From: Planctomycetota bacterium
GTDB lineage: Bacteria; Planctomycetota; UBA8108; UBA1146
Reading direction: 5' to 3'
NCBI GenBank assembly: GCA_036338595.1
Contig: JAYZBV010000011.1
Coordinates: 1-15,897 of the forward strand
DNA length: 15,897 nt
Below, in pieces: positions 7,224-15,897 of this stretch. Below the pieces are notes generated by a model. The model made no database searches. It was given only the letters and a program-made list of their open reading frames with translations, and was not told where the DNA came from. How positions within the stretch are numbered: the first letter of the stretch is position 1; every line of letters starts with the position of its first letter. The position numbers and the translations under genes are program-made.

Positions 7224-7799
7224 TTAGGGAAGGGCTCCCTCGAGCACCGAATCATATTCGCTGGTCGCCTCACGACGCTGACCGGTCTCGGCGGAGTAGA
7301 TGTGGAACTCCTTCACCAGGCAACCGTAGATGTGAAGGGTGACCGCATTCTCCTCGCGAGAACAGTTGTCCATCCGGTGCAGGTCCATCGCCGGAGGGTA
7401 GACGGTCCCGACCGATCCGGCGGCACCGATGAAGGTCTCGACCGGAATGAGACAGTGCTGACCGTCAACCTCGTCGGGAGCGTAATTGGTGAAGCGCATC
7501 CGTCCGCGCAAGACTCCCAGAACACCCCAGGCTGGATGATCGTGGATAGGGGTTCCCTGGCCGGGTTTCCACACCAGTACATTCATCGAGAAACGATCCT
7601 CGGCATCGGCGTGGAGCAAATGGCGAGTGTAATGCTGAGTGCCAGGTTCAAACTGACCGAGGAACTCATCCGTGACTCCAGCGGCAAAACGCTCGGTGAT
7701 CCGTACCATGTCGGATAAAAGCTGTCGTTCCCGCTTTTCGGTCTCGAGAAGTTGATCCACCTCTGAGATGAGTTGCTCAAGATTTGAGATCGGCTCCAT
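7224..7799 (-). CDS. Cysteine dioxygenase-family thiol dioxygenase (cupin, 191 aa)
   Basis: ATG 7799 after GGGGAGG. YTRHLL (Arg-type), WKPGQGTPIHDH, LHRMDN (3-His iron site), TLHIY (S/T-H-Y triad). Confidence 0.9.
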   Translation of the reverse strand: MEPISNLEQLISEVDQLLETEKRERQLLSDMVRITERFAAGVTDEFLGQFEPGTQHYTRHLLHADAEDRFSMNVLVWKPGQGTPIHDHPAWGVLGVLRGRMRFTNYAPDEVDGQHCLIPVETFIGAAGSVGTVYPPAMDLHRMDNCSREENAVTLHIYGCLVKEFHIYSAETGQRREATSEYDSVLEGALP

Positions 7800-8094
7800 C
7801 TCGGCCTCCCCTATATTCCCTCGCGAAACCAGTTGAAGATTCAGATGCGGGCTCCAGGTGCAAATATCGCCCGAATCCCCGTTTCCAGGTCCGAACTTAC
7901 CTGTCATTTTGACGCTCGGTCCCAAAGTCCCCGAGGCCCTGATCTTACCGTTTCTGACGGGGTGCGGCAACGCGTCCGCCCGCCCGTCTTCACCGTATCC
8001 AGAAGCGTTAATTCCGGCCGGTTCCTACCCCATAAACCTCGATCCCCCTTATCCTGTCCGGAAGTCGAAAGTCCCCGAGAGAGGCGAAGGTATC
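7800..8094. promoter_or_regulatory. Divergent promoter/leader region with a 12-bp direct repeat and several hairpins
   Basis: 295-bp gap between divergent genes. aaagtccccgag at 7924-7935 and 8068-8079. No promoter boxes assigned. Confidence 0.45.
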
Positions 8095-8526
8095 GTGTCC
8101 TTCCAGGTCGAAATTCCGATCCGGTTCGCCGATGTGGATGCCGCCGGAATCGTTTACTACCCGCGGCTGCTTCACATCTGCCACCAGGCGTTCGAGGAAC
8201 TGTACCAGCAGCGCGGACCGGTACCCTATCACCAGTGGTGCCAGCAATCGCGACTCGGCTTTCCGACCCGTCGCCTCGAGGCCGATTTTCAAGCCCCGGT
8301 CCAGCATGCAGGCCCCGTCACCGTCGAGGTGACCACCTCGCAACTGGGTGACTCCTCGGTCTGTTTCCACTTCGTCGGCCGTCAGAGCTCACTCGAAGAT
8401 GGCAACCCGAGAAACTGCTTCAGTGCCCGCGTCTGGAAGGTCTGCGTCGCCATCGACCGATTCGAACCGACTCCGATCCCGGCCGATGTTCGAGAAGTCC
8501 TGCAATCGATCGAGGAGTCGTCGTGA
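8095..8526 (+). CDS. 4HBT/YbgC-type hotdog acyl-CoA thioesterase (143 aa)
   Basis: GTG at 8095 after a purine-rich stretch. IRFADVDAAGIVYY...CHQAFEE motif and PTPIP near the C-terminus. GTGA overlap with queE. Confidence 0.88.
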   Translation: MSFQVEIPIRFADVDAAGIVYYPRLLHICHQAFEELYQQRGPVPYHQWCQQSRLGFPTRRLEADFQAPVQHAGPVTVEVTTSQLGDSSVCFHFVGRQSSLEDGNPRNCFSARVWKVCVAIDRFEPTPIPADVREVLQSIEESS

Positions 8527-9161
8527 CCGATCTGCGCGTCATCGAGATCTACCCGTCGATCCAGGGTGAGAGCACCCGAGCCGGATTACCCTGTACCTTC
8601 GTGCGCCTGGCCGGTTGCCCTCTTCGCTGTCGCTGGTGCGATACTGTCTACTCCTTCACCGGCGGCGAAATGATGAGCATCGAGGCGATCATCGAACAGG
8701 TGGCCGAGACGAGAATCGGATTGATCGAGGTAACCGGTGGCGAACCGCTGGCACAACCTGGCACACCTCAGCTACTGACGAGCCTCTGTGATCAGTTTGA
8801 TGAAGTGCTGCTGGAAACCTCCGGATCGTTTCCCATCGCCGATCTCGACCCCAGAGTCGGAGTCATCCTCGATCTGAAAGCACCCGGAAGCGGTGAAGAG
8901 AGTCGTAACCTGTGGGACAATCTGCCCCACCTGAAGAGCGGCGACGAACTCAAGATTGTCATCGCCGATCGCACCGATTACGAATGGGCCCGGGACGTCT
9001 ACCGAGAGCATCGACCGACGGTCCCGACCCTGTTCTCACCGGTGTTTGATGAGATGGAACCGGCACAGCTGTCGCAGTGGCTCATCGAGGACCAGTTGCC
9101 GGTCAGGATGCAGTTGCAACAGCACAAGTACATCTGGGATCCAGAAGCCAGAAGGACGTGA
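8523..9161 (+). CDS. queE: 7-carboxy-7-deazaguanine synthase (radical SAM)
   Basis: EIYPSIQGE, FVRLAGCPLRCRWCDT (CxxxCxxC), TGGEPL, ETSG, QQHKY. Adjacent to queD. Confidence 0.94.
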   Translation: MTDLRVIEIYPSIQGESTRAGLPCTFVRLAGCPLRCRWCDTVYSFTGGEMMSIEAIIEQVAETRIGLIEVTGGEPLAQPGTPQLLTSLCDQFDEVLLETSGSFPIADLDPRVGVILDLKAPGSGEESRNLWDNLPHLKSGDELKIVIADRTDYEWARDVYREHRPTVPTLFSPVFDEMEPAQLSQWLIEDQLPVRMQLQQHKYIWDPEARRT

Positions 9162-9169
9162 GCGAAAAG

Positions 9170-9538
9170 ATGAACCCGGTTGTCGAACTGAACCACAAAT
9201 TTTCCTTCGACTCGGCGCACAGTCTTCCCAACGTGCCGGAAGATCACAAGTGCCGCCGACTCCATGGACACACCTTCCATGTCGAGGTGCAAGTCAGTGG
9301 TCCAGTCGGCGAGACCAGCGGCTGGGTGATGGACTACGGACAGATGAAGGAAGTGGTCCGTCCTGTCATCGCACAACTGGACCATCGCCATCTCAACGAA
9401 ATCGAAGGGCTGGAGAATCCCACCTCGGAACACATCGCCATGTGGATCTGGAATCGCATCGCCGATGGGCTTCCAGGGCTCACCGCGGTGTGCATCCACG
9501 AGACCTGCAACACCGGTTGCACCTACCGCGGTCAGTAG
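9170..9538 (+). CDS. queD: 6-carboxy-5,6,7,8-tetrahydropterin synthase
   Basis: FDSAHSLP, HKCRRLHGH, GWVMDY, LDHRHLNEIEGLENPTSE, HET. Alternative start GTG 9158 overlaps the queE stop. Confidence 0.95.
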   Translation: MNPVVELNHKFSFDSAHSLPNVPEDHKCRRLHGHTFHVEVQVSGPVGETSGWVMDYGQMKEVVRPVIAQLDHRHLNEIEGLENPTSEHIAMWIWNRIADGLPGLTAVCIHETCNTGCTYRGQ

Positions 9539-9580
9539 AAAAAGAAGCAAACGGTAACTGCTACCGAACGCTAAGGATGG

Positions 9581-10255
9581 TCAGTCCTTAGACCGTCCCA
9601 TGATCCTGAGGATTCGTAGAAACAGATTGATAATATCCATGTAAAGTGCCGCAGCACTATCGACTGCATTATCTACGGTTTTCGGGATCTGATTGGCTCG
9701 CCCCCAGTCGTAGCCGATATAGCCACAGAAAATCAAAGCCACGCCCCAATCGATCCAACCGGGCTGTGCACGACCGGTATACATCAGAAAAAACTCGATC
9801 AAGATAAATAAGCACAACGCTAAAGTCAGTACGGTCCGGATCCTCTGGAAGAACTTGGGAAACAAGGTCCCCAGCACCATCATCACTACCACCACCGAGC
9901 CGGTGACCTGAATCGCAGCGGCTACAAGTGCTTCATCGTAGACAGACACAACAAGGTTCACTACAAAACCGAACGGCACCACAACAAAATTGTACCCAAT
10001 GAAACTCACAACAGGATTGATCGATTTTTTAAAGAGCCAGACACCTGCAAAGCACGAAGCGAAGTACAGCACCAGAAAGAACCAAAACGGCATCGCAGTA
10101 ACGATCAAACGTGGATCTACGGTACGAACGATCAGCCAGTTGATGGCAAATCCCCAGCACAACACCGCTCCCAGGATGAAGTTATATTGATGATCACCAA
10201 TAATCTCAGACTTGATCTCAGTCCGATCAAACACACTATCTTCGCTTTTGAACAA
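9581..10255 (-). CDS. Bax inhibitor-1/YccA-family membrane protein
   Basis: About 7 hydrophobic helices. C-terminal FCGYIGYDW...AAALYMDIINLFLRILRI signature. TTG start. AT-richer than neighbours. Confidence 0.9.
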   Translation of the reverse strand: MFKSEDSVFDRTEIKSEIIGDHQYNFILGAVLCWGFAINWLIVRTVDPRLIVTAMPFWFFLVLYFASCFAGVWLFKKSINPVVSFIGYNFVVVPFGFVVNLVVSVYDEALVAAAIQVTGSVVVVMMVLGTLFPKFFQRIRTVLTLALCLFILIEFFLMYTGRAQPGWIDWGVALIFCGYIGYDWGRANQIPKTVDNAVDSAAALYMDIINLFLRILRIMGRSKD

Positions 10256-10320
10256 AATGGCCCCACTTCTAACAACCCGCTAGACCATATATCAAGCAAG
10301 GAGCTACAAGGAATGAGATC

Positions 10321-11769
10321 CTACATCGACTCCAGCTCGTGCGGCAGGTAGTCCATCGGTGAGCGGAAGTAGTGGTTGGGCGGATAGAAGATCAGGTTGG
10401 TGGCGCTGCTGGTGTAGGTGCAGGCGAAGTCTTCCAGTTGACGGCCGTAATAGGTCAACTCGCTGCCGGCTCGAAACAGACTGCCCCACTGGGTGTTGGT
10501 GGCGGTACTCAATCGTGATCGAAGGCTTTCGCGCTGGCGGATGAAATCCTTGAGGGTGTCGGTCGCCTGCTTGCGTGCGATGGCACACTCGCTACGCAAC
10601 TTCTTGAGATCCTGCCGTTCCGCCCGATCTTCGGTGGTGATCGCCTTGAGCGATCCCTCGATCGCCTTCCAGTGCATCACCTCTCGCTCGGTCGAGATGC
10701 GTCGCTCATCGACCTCCTTCAACTGCCGGACGATTCCTGGCAACGTCTCCTGGATGGACAGCTCTTCCTGCAACTCCGGCACTACCAGCATCGTGCGCCA
10801 GTAAACGTTCTTCTTGCTCGAGATGAGATCGGAATAGATGTGATCCCCGACATACAGAATCTCGGGCCCACTGACACCGATCGCCTGCTCCATCTCTGCC
10901 AGGTTACCGCCGACCAGAACCCCTGGTTTCGGGCCCGGCTTGGCCGATTTCTTGTTCGATACCGAGAAGTATTTCGGCTTCTGGGCGTCGACCACCACCA
11001 GATCGAACAGTTTCAGCCAGCTGTCACCGGCATCTTCGCGGCGACCGAGCACGGTGTTCATCATCTTCGCGGTGTAATCCCACTCGCTGTTGGTGAGCAA
11101 GAACACCTTCTTGCCGTTGGCGCGCAGGTGCTTGAGCATCGTCTCGGTGCGCGGATCGGGCTCGATGAAATCAGCCGGGTTGGCGGTGATGACCTGTTTC
11201 AGTGAACCGTCGCGATGGATGGTGTCGGTGTGGTGACGGATTCGTTCCCACAGTTTGCGCCGCTCGCCCGGCTCGGTGTGTCCGACCAGGCCGGTCCATA
11301 ACAGGATCTCTGGCTTGCTGAAGGCATGATCGACCTGGATGAAGCGATGCTCTCCCGGCATGTGCGGAATCACATCCCGATCTCCGTACAGTTTTCGTTT
11401 CGCTGCCACCGTCAACTTCTTCGGCCCGTGGAAAGCACGCAGCACATGACCGTAACGATCGGTCTTGAGGATCACGCCCTCGTCGAGATCGAGGATCAGA
11501 CCCTTTCTGGCAAAGGAAGGAGCGGGCACGTCTTCGAACCACGCCTCGGGGATGCCCTCCTCCTCGACCAGTCTCCTGGCAACCAGTTGTTCAGCCAGAT
11601 CATCGAGTGCTTTTGCGTTGTAGACCGCCAGGGTGTGATCGAAATCGAAGCCAACGGCTTTGATGAAATCGAAACGAAGGGTGCGATTGGTGAAGATCGA
11701 TCGTTGATGATCAAGAGTCGGGTTGCGGATCGCTGTCGAGATCACATCAAACCACGCAGAGTTGCTCAA
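10321..11769 (-). CDS. HAD-IG family 5'-nucleotidase (cN-II-like)
   Basis: IFTNR, GFDFDHTL (DxDxT), LLTNS, KPKYF, YVGDHIYSD, WRT, WGSLFR. TTG start overlaps the upstream TGA; GGAGG RBS. Confidence 0.93.
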   Translation of the reverse strand: MSNSAWFDVISTAIRNPTLDHQRSIFTNRTLRFDFIKAVGFDFDHTLAVYNAKALDDLAEQLVARRLVEEEGIPEAWFEDVPAPSFARKGLILDLDEGVILKTDRYGHVLRAFHGPKKLTVAAKRKLYGDRDVIPHMPGEHRFIQVDHAFSKPEILLWTGLVGHTEPGERRKLWERIRHHTDTIHRDGSLKQVITANPADFIEPDPRTETMLKHLRANGKKVFLLTNSEWDYTAKMMNTVLGRREDAGDSWLKLFDLVVVDAQKPKYFSVSNKKSAKPGPKPGVLVGGNLAEMEQAIGVSGPEILYVGDHIYSDLISSKKNVYWRTMLVVPELQEELSIQETLPGIVRQLKEVDERRISTEREVMHWKAIEGSLKAITTEDRAERQDLKKLRSECAIARKQATDTLKDFIRQRESLRSRLSTATNTQWGSLFRAGSELTYYGRQLEDFACTYTSSATNLIFYPPNHYFRSPMDYLPHELESM

Positions 11770-12644
11770 CTCGGTTCCTCCACTCGATCGACACCATCGG
11801 ATCCATCTCGCGAGCGATCCTCAGCGGCCTTCAAGAAGGCCAGCGACTGCTCGACAAGCGTCGGGGCCCGGTGCGCATCGCGCGACAGTTCGACGAGCGC
11901 CAGCCCACGGTATCCGTTTTCGAGCAAAACCTGCAAGAGCGGTTCGAATTCGATCTCTCCCTCGCCCAGCGGTAGATGCTCGTGAACCCGGTTCTTGCAG
12001 TCATCGATATGGACATTGATCACATCATCGACCACCGCCGAAAGGCACTGGTGGAATGGCGGTGACTCGGTCACTGCCAGGTGTCCCAGATCGACCGTCA
12101 ACCCGAGCGCCGCACTGGAGATCTCGCCACGCAACCAGCGCCATTGCTCGAGATTTTCGATCACCATGCCCGGTTCCGGTTCGAAACCGATTTTCACGGC
12201 CTGCTGCTCGGCAGCGACGAGAACCGTGCCGAGAGCATCGAGCAGGTGATCGCGACAACGATCAGGCTCGACTCCTGGTTCGGCGACACCACTCCACAGA
12301 CTGACGGTGCCGGCGCCGATGGCGCCAGCGATTTCTATGGCGCGCAGGTAATAATCGATGCGTCGCTGACGATCGCCGTGCTCGTCACTGACCAGCGATG
12401 GCCAGTGCTTGCGCGCCGGATCAAGCGCGAAGCGAGCCCCCGTCTCGACGACCGGTTCGAGACCGGCCTGTTCGAGCAACTGGCGGATGTTCGCAAGTTG
12501 AGCATCGCTGACCTGGTGCGGATCGAGATGATGGTGGTCGAGGGTGATGCCGATACCGTCATAACGATGCTGACCGAGCAGTTCGATGGCCTGCTCGAGG
12601 GTGTGGTCAGCGAGACCGTTGGTGATGTAGCCGTAACGCAACAC
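11766..12644 (-). CDS. Sugar phosphate isomerase/epimerase (xylose isomerase-like TIM barrel)
   Basis: Metal-ligand pattern EPEPG, DLGH, HIDD, HEHLPLGEGEI, GY.G...VEL. Confidence 0.9.
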   Translation of the reverse strand: MLRYGYITNGLADHTLEQAIELLGQHRYDGIGITLDHHHLDPHQVSDAQLANIRQLLEQAGLEPVVETGARFALDPARKHWPSLVSDEHGDRQRRIDYYLRAIEIAGAIGAGTVSLWSGVAEPGVEPDRCRDHLLDALGTVLVAAEQQAVKIGFEPEPGMVIENLEQWRWLRGEISSAALGLTVDLGHLAVTESPPFHQCLSAVVDDVINVHIDDCKNRVHEHLPLGEGEIEFEPLLQVLLENGYRGLALVELSRDAHRAPTLVEQSLAFLKAAEDRSRDGSDGVDRVEEPS

Positions 12645-12645
12645 C

Positions 12646-13998
12646 TCACTGCTGCCCTTCGAGTCGCGCTTTTACCCAGGCGATGGCGTCCTCGCGTTCG
12701 GTCACCTCTCCCTCACGCTGGGCATCGCCGAGTTGATCAAGCATGGCACCGAGATCAGGGCCTGGTTTCATACCGAGATCCATCAGATCACGCCCCTGCA
12801 ACAACGACTTCTGAGGTGGATCCAGTTCCTTCCAGTCGCTCCACAACTGGTGACACTCATCGTAGAGAGTCATGTCCGCATGGCTGCCGAGGCAGTCAAC
12901 GCGGCACAATTCCAGCAACTCCTCGAAACCATCCTCCTCGAACAGACGGTAGCGCTTCGCCAACCGCATCTTCGGCAGGTTCATGAACACCAGGTGGCGT
13001 CTGACCAGATAGACGATTCGCTCATGCTGGCGACGCGAAAGCCGCAGACGCTCGCAGATCTGCTCAGACATCTCGGCTCCGAGTTCATCATGGCCATGAA
13101 AGCGGATGCGATCGGGCGCCTCCTCGAAGGTGTCGGGCTTTCCGACGTCATGCAGCAGCGCTCCCATCGCCAGTTCAAAAGACGGATTCTCCAGATGCGA
13201 AAGCACCAGACCGGTGTGAACAAACACATCCCCTTCTGGATGATGCTGCGGCGGCTGTTGCACCCCACGCATCCGTTCGATCTCGGGCAGGATGTGTTGC
13301 ATCAGACCGCTATCGGAGAGCAGGTGATAACCGCGCTGGCGGTGATCTGACACGAGGATGTGTCCCAGTTCATCGCGGATCCGCTCGGCACTGACATCGC
13401 CGATGGCTGCTGATTCGGCCACCACCGCGTTCCAGGTTTCATCTTCGATGGGGAAATCGAGCACCGTGGAAAATCGAACCGCTCGCATCAGGCGCAGGCG
13501 ATCCTCGCGGAATCGTTCGCGCGGATCGCCGATGGCACGAATCGTCCCGGCCTCCAGATCGGCACGACCACCGACATGATCGACCACCTGTCCGCTATCG
13601 ATGTCCCAGAACAGGCCGTTGATGGTGAAGTCTCTGCGCAGGGCATCCTCGCGCTCGTCGGTAAAACGCACCGCTTCCGGATGGCGACCATCGGCACTGC
13701 CGATGTCGGCACGGAAGGTCGCCACCTCGACCTCACCCTCCGGTTCGACAACGCGTACGACACCAAACTGGGCACCCACCAGCACCGTCTTTTCGAACAG
13801 CGCGTCAACCTGGTCCGGCACGGCGGATGTCGCCAGGTCAAAATCCTTGGCAGCCTGTCCCAGCAGATGGTCACGCACCGCTCCACCAGCCAGCAGTGAG
13901 CGATGGCCCGCCTCGCTCAGGCAACGATGAACCCGCAGTACGTGATCTGGGATCACGAGCGGCTCCAGGGGGTCGCCGTTAGGGGTTGATCCGGCCAT
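12646..13998 (-). CDS. cca: CCA tRNA nucleotidyltransferase with HD domain (450 aa)
   Basis: ATG 13998 after GGAGGAG. Class II motifs GGAVRD..DFD, EVATFR, DGRHP loop, EDALRRDFTIN, EDRLR.MRAVRF, SAERI..EL. HD motifs HHPEGDV, LLHDVGKP. No poly(A) polymerase GRRF signature. Confidence 0.92.
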   Translation of the reverse strand: MAGSTPNGDPLEPLVIPDHVLRVHRCLSEAGHRSLLAGGAVRDHLLGQAAKDFDLATSAVPDQVDALFEKTVLVGAQFGVVRVVEPEGEVEVATFRADIGSADGRHPEAVRFTDEREDALRRDFTINGLFWDIDSGQVVDHVGGRADLEAGTIRAIGDPRERFREDRLRLMRAVRFSTVLDFPIEDETWNAVVAESAAIGDVSAERIRDELGHILVSDHRQRGYHLLSDSGLMQHILPEIERMRGVQQPPQHHPEGDVFVHTGLVLSHLENPSFELAMGALLHDVGKPDTFEEAPDRIRFHGHDELGAEMSEQICERLRLSRRQHERIVYLVRRHLVFMNLPKMRLAKRYRLFEEDGFEELLELCRVDCLGSHADMTLYDECHQLWSDWKELDPPQKSLLQGRDLMDLGMKPGPDLGAMLDQLGDAQREGEVTEREDAIAWVKARLEGQQ

Positions 13999-14053
13999 CT
14001 TCGTGCGTTCTCCTCCTGCAACCCCCCATGACGGAGGGGAGACCAGAGGATAA

Positions 14054-15897
<1,844 letters not shown>

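Noticed and set aside
7838..7905. Superficial cobalamin-riboswitch resemblance on the minus strand (aaacgggga...cccgcatctg)
   Set aside because: The GGUG-AAAUCC T-loop stem is not matched and no downstream B12 box is present.

Overview
Bacterial chromosomal window, probably from a marine Planctomycetota-type genome (inferred from the dockerin-like C-terminal domain and the repeat-protein style). It has two zones. (1) 1-3938 is an accessory zone with all genes on the + strand: the 3' end of an AT-richer DUF2075 gene, an LRR-like membrane-anchored repeat protein, a small membrane protein and a secreted 7-blade FG-GAP protein with a dockerin-like tail. Two repeat families punctuate it: orphan ~40-bp copies of a dockerin-gene 3' end (DALDCVSFxACP-stop) just after two unrelated genes, and a ~60-70 bp element (24-bp block, variable hairpin, GCTnTTTTTTCG) upstream of two unrelated genes. 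(2) 4003-15897 is mostly GC-rich housekeeping DNA: cysteine dioxygenase-rimK-polX-thioesterase (-), thioesterase-queE-queD (+), a lone AT-richer Bax inhibitor-1/YccA gene (-), cca-TIM barrel-HAD 5'-nucleotidase (-), and ligA (+, runs off the window, absent from the ORF track). No rRNA, tRNA, CRISPR, transposase or integrase was seen. The best lead is the cassette-like repeat architecture at 529-3938.
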